From a virus, in IMG/VR virus record IMGVR_UViG_3300038309_000252, positions 1-64,000 of that record: a stretch of 64,000 nucleotides of DNA; one strand, given 5' to 3'. Positions 38,969 to 48,548 of the stretch are shown piece by piece (positions within the stretch are counted from its first letter, which is position 1; the number at the start of each line of letters is the position of its first letter). The notes below the pieces were generated by a model. The model made no database searches. It worked only from the letters and a program-made list of their open reading frames with translations, and was not told where the DNA came from. The position numbers and the translations under genes are program-made.

Positions 38969-40915
38969 ATGCCATTCCAACTATCACCTGGTGTTTTAAT
39001 CGTAGAAAAGGATTTAACAAATATCATTCCAGCAGTTGCTACTTCAACAGGTGCATTTGTTGGTACATTCCCATGGGGACCAGTATTAGATCCTACTTTA
39101 GTAGATTCAGAAATTAGTTTAGTAAATCGATTTGGAAAACCACAAACAGATAATGCTACATCATTTTTTACAGCAGCAAACTTTTTATCATATACAAATA
39201 ATTTGCAACTTATCCGTGTTGATACAGATAATCACCGTAATGCTGTTGCTGTACAATCTGGAACAGTAACAGGAGTAACTATTACAAATGGTGGTACAGG
39301 ATTTGCTGATCCTGTTACAGTAATATTTGGACCACCACAAGAAGTTGGTGGTGTACAAGCTACTGGTCATGCAATAGTTGGTGCTGGAGGAGCAATAGAA
39401 AGTATTATAATTGATAATCCAGGATCAGGATATACTAATGAACCGTCTATTACAGTTTCTAGTCAAGATGGAATTGGTTTTGTTGGTGATGTTAATATTA
39501 TTATTGGTGGTATTAAAATCAATAATGAACAAGATTATATGGAACAATACGTCAATGGCGCAGGATTAGTTGGTTGTTTTGCTGCCAAGTTTCCTGGTGC
39601 TTTAGGGAATAGTATTAGAGTTGAAATGGCAGATGAATCAACCTTTACCAATTGGGTTTATAATGCAGAATTTGATTCACCACCAAATACTTCAACTTAT
39701 GCATCTTCAGTTGGTGGTGCAAATGATGAAGTCCATATTATTATTATTGATGACGATGGACTATGGACTGGTCAACGTGGTGCTATTATTGAGAAATTTG
39801 CTTTTGCCTCAAAAGCTAGTGATGCTCGTAATTCTGATGGTACAAATATGTACTATAAGAATGTTATTAATACTAATTCAAAGTATATTTGGTGGATGGA
39901 CCATCCTGAGTCTTCTGCTTTAGAAACATCTGGTTCAGATTGGGGTAGTGAAGCTCATAATCATACTTTTAAATCATTAAATACAGTTTATGGGGTTTCT
40001 TTATCAGGTGGTGTTGATGATTTAATTGCAACTGAAGGTCAATTAATGAGAGCATGGTCAATATTTGCTAATGCAGAACTTTATGACATTAGTTTACTTC
40101 CAACTGGTCAAGTAACACCTCTTGTTGCCGCATATGTTCTTCAGAATGTAGTAGATGCAAGACGTGATTGTGTAGCATTTATTTCTCCAACTACTCCAGA
40201 AGGTTCTGTTATTCGTGGTATGGACCTTGCAGAACAGACTGTTAATTTCAGAAATAATGTTCCATTTAATATCACTAGTTCTTATGGAGTACTTGATTCT
40301 GGATGGAAATATCAATATGATAGTTATAATGACGTATACCGATGGGTACCTTTGAATGGTGATATTGCTGGTCTTTGCGCAAGAACAGATTATACCAATG
40401 ATCCATGGTGGTCTCCTGGTGGATTAAATCGTGGACAGATCAAGAACGTTGTGAAATTATCTTTCAACCCATCTAAGGCAGAACGAGATGAACTTTATAA
40501 AAATGGTATTAATCCAGTATGTTCATTCCCTGGTCAAGGAACTGTACTTTTTGGTGATAAAACTTTATTAGCAAAACCAAGTGCATTTGATAGGATTAAC
40601 GTTAGAAGATTGTTTATTGTTCTAGAAAAAGCAATTGCAATTGCCGCTAAGTACCAATTGTTCGAGTTCAATGATTCATTCACTAGAGCACAATTTCGCT
40701 CAATGGTAGAACCATTTTTACGTGATGTACAAGGACGACGTGGTATTATTGATTTCCGTGTTAAGTGTGATGATACCAATAATACTGGTGAAGTAATTGA
40801 TAGAAATGAATTTATTGCTGATATTTACATCAAACCTGCAAGATCAATCAATTTCATTACCTTAAATTTCGTAGCTGTACGTACAGGTGTTTCTTTTGAT
40901 GAAGTTGGAGCATAA
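38969..40915 (+). CDS. gp18: Tail sheath protein gp18
   Basis: QLSPGVLIVEKDLT, WGP, PWWSPGGLNRG and FDRINVRRLF motifs. Confidence 0.97.
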   Translation: MPFQLSPGVLIVEKDLTNIIPAVATSTGAFVGTFPWGPVLDPTLVDSEISLVNRFGKPQTDNATSFFTAANFLSYTNNLQLIRVDTDNHRNAVAVQSGTVTGVTITNGGTGFADPVTVIFGPPQEVGGVQATGHAIVGAGGAIESIIIDNPGSGYTNEPSITVSSQDGIGFVGDVNIIIGGIKINNEQDYMEQYVNGAGLVGCFAAKFPGALGNSIRVEMADESTFTNWVYNAEFDSPPNTSTYASSVGGANDEVHIIIIDDDGLWTGQRGAIIEKFAFASKASDARNSDGTNMYYKNVINTNSKYIWWMDHPESSALETSGSDWGSEAHNHTFKSLNTVYGVSLSGGVDDLIATEGQLMRAWSIFANAELYDISLLPTGQVTPLVAAYVLQNVVDARRDCVAFISPTTPEGSVIRGMDLAEQTVNFRNNVPFNITSSYGVLDSGWKYQYDSYNDVYRWVPLNGDIAGLCARTDYTNDPWWSPGGLNRGQIKNVVKLSFNPSKAERDELYKNGINPVCSFPGQGTVLFGDKTLLAKPSAFDRINVRRLFIVLEKAIAIAAKYQLFEFNDSFTRAQFRSMVEPFLRDVQGRRGIIDFRVKCDDTNNTGEVIDRNEFIADIYIKPARSINFITLNFVAVRTGVSFDEVGA

Positions 40916-40923
40916 ATAGTAAT

Positions 40924-42405
40924 ATGAAATCCAATGCTGCTCTATGGGAAAAATATGACAAAGATCAGTTAATTTCTGATCTTAATGTTATGCCTATAGA
41001 GCAGCTAATGGAGAAATACAATTCTTCAAGAAGATGCATTCATGTAGCTTGTAGAAAGTTTGATATTCTATTAGATTCTAGACTGTTTGGTAAAAAGCTA
41101 AAACATCAAATACCGGAAAAAGATATTTTAATGGAGCAATTAAAACAAGGCAAACAACACGCTGCTCAAGTATTCAATTGTTCTATTCCTGTTGTTAATT
41201 CTTGGATTAAGAAGCATAACATCACTATAGAATCATATTATGGAGTGAAAGCTGTTTTAGACAAGAATCTAGTACTTGATTTAATTTCTCAAGGATTATC
41301 AGATCGAGATATAGCAAAACGTTTTGGGGTTTCTTTTGCTACAATTGAAAGATTTGCTTCTAGACATAATGTAACAGTCCACAAGAAAGGTATTTCCTGG
41401 AAAGACGTTGATCAGAAATTAGAAACTAATTTCAATTGGATTTGTGAACAGAATCAGACTAGAACCATTTTAGACATTAGTACAGAATTGGGTATTTCTG
41501 CATCCAAGACACTTAAGTTTCTAGATTCCAAAGGGTTTGATATTGTTAGTCATTCAATAAATAAATCAAAAGGTGAATTGGAAGTCAAGGATTACATTTC
41601 TTCTTTGGGGGTTTCTTGTCAATCTGTTAAAAGAAAGTTCAATGACAAAGTATTTGAACTGGACATCTTTGTGCAAGACAAAATGTTTGCCATTGAATAC
41701 TGCGGGGAATATTGGCATTCTGACGAACAGAAACCCAAAATGTATCATTATCAGAAATATCAATGGTGTAAAGATCAAGGGATTACATTATTTACTATAT
41801 TTGAGCATCAATGGAAACACAAGAAAGAAATCATTAAATCCATGATCAAAGCTAGATTAGGTCTAGCAAAGAAGATTCATGCCAGACAGACAATTGTCAA
41901 AGACATTTCTGCTGATGAAGCAAAGACATTCTATGAAGAAAATCATTTGCAAGGTTATACACCTAGTACAATTCACAAAGGATTGTTTTTCGAAAATGAA
42001 CTAGTTGCAGCTATGTCAATCGTCAAGTCTAGATTCAGAAAAGATGAAGAATGGGAAATGTCCAGACTGGCATTCAAACTACACCATGTGATTGTTGGTG
42101 GTGCATCTAAGCTGCTGAAACAATTTAAAGATTACTCAATGATATCTTATGCTGATCTTTGTATTGGTGACGGGCAAGTCTATGAAAAGATGGGATTTAT
42201 CAGATTAAAGAACACTACACCTAACTATTTCTACTTTCATAAATATTCTGGAATTATTCATTCACGAATGACATGCCAGAAAAAGAATCTAAATAATATT
42301 TTATCATCATTTAATCCGATTTTGACAGAATATGAAAATATGTCAAATAATGGTTATTTACGAGTTTGGACTTGTGGCAATGCAATTTTTCAAAGAAAAT
42401 TATAA
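40924..42405 (+). CDS. Free-standing endonuclease (HTH repeats + Vsr/Hef-like PD-(D/E)XK + GNAT-like C-terminus)
   Basis: ELDIF..AIEYCGEYWHS nuclease motif; HTH repeats; HLQG..WEMSRL..ISYAD. Interrupts gp18-gp19. Confidence 0.75.
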   Translation: MKSNAALWEKYDKDQLISDLNVMPIEQLMEKYNSSRRCIHVACRKFDILLDSRLFGKKLKHQIPEKDILMEQLKQGKQHAAQVFNCSIPVVNSWIKKHNITIESYYGVKAVLDKNLVLDLISQGLSDRDIAKRFGVSFATIERFASRHNVTVHKKGISWKDVDQKLETNFNWICEQNQTRTILDISTELGISASKTLKFLDSKGFDIVSHSINKSKGELEVKDYISSLGVSCQSVKRKFNDKVFELDIFVQDKMFAIEYCGEYWHSDEQKPKMYHYQKYQWCKDQGITLFTIFEHQWKHKKEIIKSMIKARLGLAKKIHARQTIVKDISADEAKTFYEENHLQGYTPSTIHKGLFFENELVAAMSIVKSRFRKDEEWEMSRLAFKLHHVIVGGASKLLKQFKDYSMISYADLCIGDGQVYEKMGFIRLKNTTPNYFYFHKYSGIIHSRMTCQKKNLNNILSSFNPILTEYENMSNNGYLRVWTCGNAIFQRKL

Positions 42406-42418
42406 GGAGTAATTTTTA

Positions 42419-42943
42419 ATGGCAACAATTACTGGGTTTACTTCACAATTACTAGGTGGTGGTGCAAGACCAAACCAATTTAAGGTAGAATTAGCTTTTC
42501 CAACATCTGCACCAGATAATAATGCTGGTAAATCTGCAGAGTTTCTGTGTAAAGCAGCTTCACTACCTGGTTCTACAATTGGTGATATTGCAGTAGCGTA
42601 TCGTGGCAGAGAAATTCATTTAGCTGGTGAACGTACTTTTGAATCATGGAATATTACCATTATTAGTGATATTGATTTTCTACTACGTAATGCTTTTGAA
42701 AGATGGCATAATTCTATGGTGCAATATGCGGCAACAAATGGTACTCTAGAACCAAGGGATTATCTAGTAGATCTGTCAGTACATCAATTAGACAGAAATG
42801 ATACTATTCTAAAAAGCTATAAGTTCTTTGATGCTTATCCTTCTTCCATTGCATCAATCGATTTAGGATTTGATTCTAATGCTGCAATTGAAGAGTTTAC
42901 TGTAACTTTTGAATATAGTTATTTTACACCAACAGATATTTAA
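42419..42943 (+). CDS. gp19: Tail tube protein gp19
   Basis: GGARPNQFKV, CKAASLPGS, YRGR..AGERTF and IEEFTVTF motifs. Confidence 0.95.
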   Translation: MATITGFTSQLLGGGARPNQFKVELAFPTSAPDNNAGKSAEFLCKAASLPGSTIGDIAVAYRGREIHLAGERTFESWNITIISDIDFLLRNAFERWHNSMVQYAATNGTLEPRDYLVDLSVHQLDRNDTILKSYKFFDAYPSSIASIDLGFDSNAAIEEFTVTFEYSYFTPTDI

Positions 42944-42960
42944 TCTAATAAAGGTACATA

Positions 42961-44499
42961 ATGAACTTATTTGGGTTTGAGATTAAGAGAAAGAAACCTG
43001 ATTTTATTGGGAAAGCTAACATTATATCTCCATCTATTGATGATGGATCGACTATTATTGATTCCGCTGCTGCATATTATGGATTAGTAGTTGATATAGA
43101 TGGTGTTATTAAAAATGAAAATGATTTAATACGTAGATATAGAGAATCAGCACAATATGTTGATTGTAATTCAGCAATAGAAGAAATTGTCAGTGAAGCT
43201 ATTATTGCTGATACATCTGAACATATTGTTTCTCTAATTACAGATTATATTACAGCATCAGCTAAAATCAAAAAGATGTTTGTGACAGAGTTTCAAAATA
43301 TAATTGACCTACTAAACTTTTCAGAAAAAGGTTATGACCTTTTTAGACAATGGTATATTGATGGAAGATTATTTTTCCAAATTATTATTGATGATGAAAA
43401 TCCAAAAGATGGTATTGTAGAACTACGTCAAATTGATCCCAGAAAAATAAGAAAGATTAAAAATATTAAAAAAGAAAAAACATCGGATGGATTAGATGTT
43501 ATTACAGATATTGAAGAATATTATCTGTATAATGATAAGGGAATTACTGAACAAACAACACAAGGTGCAAAGATATCTCCAGATTCAATTATCCATGTAA
43601 CATCTGGTTTATTTGATCCAAATACAAATATGGGTCTTAGTTATTTACATCAAGCTATTAAACCAGTAAATCAATTGAAAATGATGGAAGATGCTTTAAT
43701 CATTTATCGTATTAGTAGGGCACCAGAAAGAAGAATCTTTTATATTGATGTAGGAAACTTGCCTAAAGTACGTGCAGAACAATATGTCAACGATATTATG
43801 AATAAGTTCAGAAATAAAGTTGTTTATGATGCATCAACTGGAGAAATTAAAGATAATAGGCAGCATTTAAGCATTATGGAAGATTTCTGGATGCCAAGAC
43901 GTGAAGGTGGTAAAGGAACAGAAATTACAACATTAGAAGGTGGTCAGAATCTAGGGGAAATTGAAGATATTATTTATTTTCAGAAAAAGCTATATCATAC
44001 ATTGAATGTTCCTTTATCGAGACTTCTTCCAGAAACAACATTTTCATTAGGTCGTGCTGCTGAAATCACCAGAGAAGAATTAAAGTTTGCAAAGTTTATT
44101 GATAGACTTCGTAAAAAGTTTTCATCATTATTTTTACAAGCATTACGTGTCCAATTAATTATTAAAGGCATTATTAGTGCAGATGATTGGGAGTCTTTTT
44201 CAAATAAATTAAGAATAGATTATCAAAGAGATAACTATTATGCTGAATTAAAAGAAGCAGAAATATATACAAATAGATCAACATTAATGCAATCTTTAGA
44301 TATGTTTGCTGGCAAATATTATTCAATAGAATGGATTCGTCGTAATGTACTAAAACAAAGTACAGAAGAAATGAAACAGATTGATTTAGAAAATAAAGCA
44401 GCAGCTGATAAAGAAGCAGCTGCTTCATCAGAAGATTCTGCTGATGGTGAAGAAGGTGGAGATTCAGGTGGTGGTGGAGAATTTGACATTGAAATGTAG
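42961..44499 (+). CDS. gp20: Portal protein gp20
   Basis: WYIDGRL, YRISRAPERRIFYIDVGNLP and EDFWMPRREGGKGTEITTL motifs. Confidence 0.97.
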   Translation: MNLFGFEIKRKKPDFIGKANIISPSIDDGSTIIDSAAAYYGLVVDIDGVIKNENDLIRRYRESAQYVDCNSAIEEIVSEAIIADTSEHIVSLITDYITASAKIKKMFVTEFQNIIDLLNFSEKGYDLFRQWYIDGRLFFQIIIDDENPKDGIVELRQIDPRKIRKIKNIKKEKTSDGLDVITDIEEYYLYNDKGITEQTTQGAKISPDSIIHVTSGLFDPNTNMGLSYLHQAIKPVNQLKMMEDALIIYRISRAPERRIFYIDVGNLPKVRAEQYVNDIMNKFRNKVVYDASTGEIKDNRQHLSIMEDFWMPRREGGKGTEITTLEGGQNLGEIEDIIYFQKKLYHTLNVPLSRLLPETTFSLGRAAEITREELKFAKFIDRLRKKFSSLFLQALRVQLIIKGIISADDWESFSNKLRIDYQRDNYYAELKEAEIYTNRSTLMQSLDMFAGKYYSIEWIRRNVLKQSTEEMKQIDLENKAAADKEAAASSEDSADGEEGGDSGGGGEFDIEM

Positions 44500-44520
44500 T
44501 TTAGTTTAGGGGTTAAGTAA

Positions 44521-44685
44521 ATGAGTAGTAAAGATTTATTAGAGTTAATTGAAAATAATGATGAAAATGATATTGAAAAAATGTTTAATAAAGAATTTAG
44601 TAATAAGATTATGGAACGTTTACAAGTATATCGTGAACAAATTGCTAAAAAACTTTTTGAGCAGATCATCAATCAAGACAAATAG
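44521..44685 (+). CDS. Small prohead core protein, gp67-like (not in ORF track)
   Basis: MSSKDLLELIENND..FSNKIMERLQVYREQIAKKLF; 54 aa, directly after the portal gene. Confidence 0.6.
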   Translation: MSSKDLLELIENNDENDIEKMFNKEFSNKIMERLQVYREQIAKKLFEQIINQDK

Positions 44686-44697
44686 ACAATTAAGTTC

Positions 44698-45264
44698 ATG
44701 ATTACATTTAATGAATTGTACCAAAAATTGATATCAGATCAATATGATTCTGATATCAATGTAATTGCTTACGACAAATATAATGATCATTATCTTATTG
44801 AAACTGATCAAAAACAAGTGTATATTGATCAACAATTGACACATTTTACAAGTATAAATGAAGCTAAGAATTATTTAAAATCATTGAATGGATTGCTTGA
44901 TTTAAAAGATTCAATTTCAGAGCAAAATTACAAAAATATCCCAGATTATAAAGTAATAGATGTAATTAAAAAATATTCAAAAACACCAATCAATAATACG
45001 CTATTAGAAGCATATAATGCTCGTGTATTAAGCAAAGAGTTTACAAATAATAAAATTGTTAATGAATTAAGATCAATGACAAATGTTCATTTATCATCAG
45101 GAATCAAAGACTTTTATCTTAAAGATGGTTCTCATGTTGCCATTCATGAAAATACATTTGCTAAGTTAGAAGAATTATTTGAATACCCAGAAATTATTGA
45201 ATATATGGTAGAAAACAAAGAACAATTTACAGATGTAATACGTCAATTAATGACAGAAGGATAA
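44698..45264 (+). CDS. Hypothetical head-region protein
   Basis: 188-aa ORF between portal and protease. Confidence 0.65.
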   Translation: MITFNELYQKLISDQYDSDINVIAYDKYNDHYLIETDQKQVYIDQQLTHFTSINEAKNYLKSLNGLLDLKDSISEQNYKNIPDYKVIDVIKKYSKTPINNTLLEAYNARVLSKEFTNNKIVNELRSMTNVHLSSGIKDFYLKDGSHVAIHENTFAKLEELFEYPEIIEYMVENKEQFTDVIRQLMTEG

Positions 45265-45270
45265 ACCATC

Positions 45271-45702
45271 ATGGCAGTTACAACCACTATTCTTAGAAAT
45301 TCATTAAAAGAAGTTTTTGTCAAATTTTCTGGTGATGGTGAATCAGATCCATTAGACATTTCAGCACATTTATTAACACCAAAAGAAAAATTAGATCCAA
45401 ATAATCCTGTGATAGTAAATATTGTTAATATTGTATGGGCAGGTCGACCAGCAAATTATGTTGAAGTTGTACGAGATGGTAATATTATTATAACATTAAC
45501 AACTGATGGTCCAGCAGTATTACCTTTTGGTTCTGCCAATGATATGTACCCAGAAAGTTCTTTCAATGATAAAAATATAACTGTTATTCATACCGGTATT
45601 TGCCAATGTTGGTTAACACTTCATAAAGTAAGTGGGTTCGTTGCTACTGTTGAAACAGCTCAATTTGGAGTATATGATGATCCTACCCAAGCAGGACAGT
45701 AA
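45271..45702 (+). CDS. Hypothetical head-region protein
   Basis: 143-aa ORF directly before gp21. Confidence 0.65.
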   Translation: MAVTTTILRNSLKEVFVKFSGDGESDPLDISAHLLTPKEKLDPNNPVIVNIVNIVWAGRPANYVEVVRDGNIIITLTTDGPAVLPFGSANDMYPESSFNDKNITVIHTGICQCWLTLHKVSGFVATVETAQFGVYDDPTQAGQ

Positions 45703-45704
45703 TC

Positions 45705-46349
45705 ATGAAATTAATTAAAGAATACGTAGAAAAAGTTCAATTAATTGTGGAAGGTACAACCAAAGATAAAGATTATTTCATAGAAGGAATATTTCTTCAA
45801 TCTGATTTGAAAAATCGTAATGGTAGAGTATACCCAAGCAATATTCTTGATAAAGAAGTAGATCGATATACAAAAGAATATATTGACAAGAATAGAGCAT
45901 ATGGTGAGTTAGGTCATCCTGATAATCCATCTATTAATCTTGATAGAGTATCACATATGATCAAAAGTTTAACAAAAGAAGGAAAGAATTATATTGGTAA
46001 AGCTAAGATTATTGATACACCACATGGAAAAATTGTAAAGTCATTAATCAATGAAGGTGCTGCTCTTGGTGTTTCTTCAAGGGGATTGGGTTCTTTAGTT
46101 GTTAAAGATGGCGTAAATATCGTGCAAGATGATTTTATGCTTGCAACAGCAGCAGATATTGTAGCTGACCCATCAGCACCAGATGCCTTTGTAGAAGGAA
46201 TTATGGAAAGTGCAGAATGGGCATTTAATGCTTCAACAAAATCTTGGCAAACAGCAGAAATTATTCAATCAAAACTTAAAAAAATGTCATTAACTGAAAT
46301 TGAACAACGTAAATTAGAATTATTTAAACAATTCTTAAAAGAACTTTGA
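45705..46349 (+). CDS. gp21: Prohead protease gp21
   Basis: IEGIFLQ..NRNGRVYP, GELGHP, GVSSRGLGS and DIVADPSAPDA motifs. Confidence 0.97.
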   Translation: MKLIKEYVEKVQLIVEGTTKDKDYFIEGIFLQSDLKNRNGRVYPSNILDKEVDRYTKEYIDKNRAYGELGHPDNPSINLDRVSHMIKSLTKEGKNYIGKAKIIDTPHGKIVKSLINEGAALGVSSRGLGSLVVKDGVNIVQDDFMLATAADIVADPSAPDAFVEGIMESAEWAFNASTKSWQTAEIIQSKLKKMSLTEIEQRKLELFKQFLKEL

Positions 46350-46362
46350 ATAATAATAATTA

Positions 46363-46369
46363 CTAAATA
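46363..46369 (+). promoter_or_regulatory. Probable late promoter (CTAAATA) for gp22/gp23
   Basis: Intergenic TACTAAATA upstream of the gp22 SD GGAG. Confidence 0.6.
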
Positions 46370-46393
46370 ATGAATAATTAGTTGGAGAAGTAA

Positions 46394-47107
46394 ATGTCTA
46401 ATTACAACCATTATGATAATTTTAAAGAATTAGATTCTGAAGAATTATCAGAAGAATTCAAAGAACAAACATCAATTCTATTTGAAGAAGCTGTTACAGA
46501 GCGTGTAAACTTTGAATCTAAAAAATTAAATGAAAAGTTTGATACATATTTAGAATTAATGAAAGAAGGTTTAATTGAAAAAATTGATGGGTATCTTAGC
46601 TATCTTGCTGAGAAGTGGTTTGAAAAAAATGAATTGTCCTTAGAGCAAAATGTTACTAAAGATGTTTTTGAACAATTTACTAATGGAATGAGGTCTTTAG
46701 AAGGCACAGATGATCATAAAACATCGCAACATTATGAAATGGTGGATAAGCTTGATAATCAAGTAACTAAGTTATCTGAAAAGCTAGCTCTACAACTTAG
46801 TGAAAACGTAAAACTTCGTAAAAAGTTATTTGATTATAAGAAGACAGAAATTGTTAATGAATATGCAGAGGATTTATCTTTGAATGACAAAGAAAAGTTC
46901 CATGCTCTAGTTGAAGATTTATCATTTAAAAATATTGAACAGTTTGAAGAAAAAGTTCAATCTGTACGTGAAAATTATTTTAACAACCACAAACCCAAAA
47001 AGCATATCAGATCTGTTGTAACAGATATTCCAATTACTGTTATTGAGGATACTCAAATTCCATCAAACATTAAAGGTTATCTAACAGTTCTTGATAGTAT
47101 GAAATAA
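46394..47107 (+). CDS. gp22: Prohead scaffolding protein gp22
   Basis: LSEEFK..FEEAV, KIDGYLSYLAEKW and RENYF motifs; between gp21 and gp23. Confidence 0.9.
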   Translation: MSNYNHYDNFKELDSEELSEEFKEQTSILFEEAVTERVNFESKKLNEKFDTYLELMKEGLIEKIDGYLSYLAEKWFEKNELSLEQNVTKDVFEQFTNGMRSLEGTDDHKTSQHYEMVDKLDNQVTKLSEKLALQLSENVKLRKKLFDYKKTEIVNEYAEDLSLNDKEKFHALVEDLSFKNIEQFEEKVQSVRENYFNNHKPKKHIRSVVTDIPITVIEDTQIPSNIKGYLTVLDSMK

Positions 47108-47120
47108 AGGAAAAAATTAA

Positions 47121-48467
47121 ATGAACTATAATCGTAAAATGCTCTTAGAAAAGTGGGAACCTGTATTAAGTCACAGGTCTTGCGATCCAATTAAAGATAA
47201 TTATCGTCGAGAAGTAACTGCTATTCTTCTTGAGAACCAAGAACGTGAAATTCGTAAGTCTGCCATGGAAATGGCACATCCTCTTAATTCTTCAGTAACT
47301 TTAAATGAAGATGCTCCTGCTAACTCTGGTGGACTTGGTGTCGCTATGGGTGGTGCTGGTTCTGCTACCGGAACAGTAGCTGGTTATGATCCTGTTCTAA
47401 TTAGTCTTGTACGTCGCGCAATGCCACAACTAATTGCCTATGATGTGTGTGGTGTACAACCTATGACACAACCAACTGGTTTAATCTTCGCTATGAAGTC
47501 TCGCTATACTAGTCAAAATGGGGTAGAAGCTCTTTATAATGAAGCTAACACAGGTTTCAGTGGTACTGGTACCCATTCAGGTTCTAACTGGACTTCTGGC
47601 ACAGATACAACTGGCACTGGAATGACCACAGAAGCTGGAGAACGTCTAGGTCAAGGTGGTGTTGGTGACGGCAATTTCAACCAAATGGCATTCAGCATTG
47701 AAAAGACCTCTGTAGTTGCCAAGACTCGTGCTTTGAAAGCTGAATATAGTTTGGAACTAGCACAAGACCTTAAGGCAGTTCATGGTCTAGATGCAGAAGG
47801 TGAACTATCCAATATTCTATCTTCTGAAATCCTAGCTGAGATCAACCGTGAAGTTATTCGTACCGTATATATGACCGCTCGTCCTGGTGCTCAAGTAGGA
47901 ACTGCAGCTTCTGGAACGTTTGACCTAGATATCGATTCAAATGGACGCTGGTCTGTTGAAAAGTTTAAGGGTCTTCTATTCCAACTAGAGCGTGAAGCTA
48001 ACGCAATTGCCCAAATGACACGTCGTGGACGAGGAAACTTTGTAATTTGTTCATCTGACGTGGCATCAGCATTTGCCATGGCAGGTGTACTTGATTACGC
48101 TCCTGCATTGTCAACTGGTCTAAATGTAGATGAAGCATCAACTACATTTGCTGGTGTTCTGAATGGTAAGTTCAAAGTATATGTTGATCCATATGCTGCT
48201 AACCAATCATCTGTACAATACTTTGTTGTAGGTTATAAAGGAACCTCAGCATTTGACGCTGGTATCTTCTATTGCCCATATGTTCCATTACAAATGGTAC
48301 GTGCTGTTGATCCAAATAGTTTTCAACCCAAAATTGGTTTCAAAACAAGGTATGGTATCGTAGCAAACCCATTCGTAGATTTAGATGATGGTTCTGCAAA
48401 CACTGGTGACATTGTTGCAGATAAGAACTACTACTACCGTAAAGTAAGAGTAACTAACCTAATCTAA
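47121..48467 (+). CDS. gp23: Major capsid protein gp23
   Basis: LISLVRRAMP, GVQPMTQPTGLIFAM, ELAQDLKAVHGLDAE, YCPYVPL and FQPKIGFKTRYG motifs. Confidence 0.98.
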   Translation: MNYNRKMLLEKWEPVLSHRSCDPIKDNYRREVTAILLENQEREIRKSAMEMAHPLNSSVTLNEDAPANSGGLGVAMGGAGSATGTVAGYDPVLISLVRRAMPQLIAYDVCGVQPMTQPTGLIFAMKSRYTSQNGVEALYNEANTGFSGTGTHSGSNWTSGTDTTGTGMTTEAGERLGQGGVGDGNFNQMAFSIEKTSVVAKTRALKAEYSLELAQDLKAVHGLDAEGELSNILSSEILAEINREVIRTVYMTARPGAQVGTAASGTFDLDIDSNGRWSVEKFKGLLFQLEREANAIAQMTRRGRGNFVICSSDVASAFAMAGVLDYAPALSTGLNVDEASTTFAGVLNGKFKVYVDPYAANQSSVQYFVVGYKGTSAFDAGIFYCPYVPLQMVRAVDPNSFQPKIGFKTRYGIVANPFVDLDDGSANTGDIVADKNYYYRKVRVTNLI

Positions 48468-48496
48468 TTGACATCCTCTAAAAAATAGATTATAAT
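48468..48496 (+). promoter_or_regulatory. Perfect-consensus sigma70 promoter
   Basis: TTGACA (48468-48473), 17 nt, TATAAT (48491-48496). Confidence 0.85.
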
Positions 48497-48531
48497 AAGG
48501 ACTCCAGGAATAAATCTTGGAGTCCTTTTTT
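48497..48531 (+). terminator. Rho-independent terminator of gp23
   Basis: AAGGACTCCAGG-loop-CTTGGAGTCCTT followed by a T run. Confidence 0.85.
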
Positions 48532-48548
48532 GTTGGTTAATTGGCATC

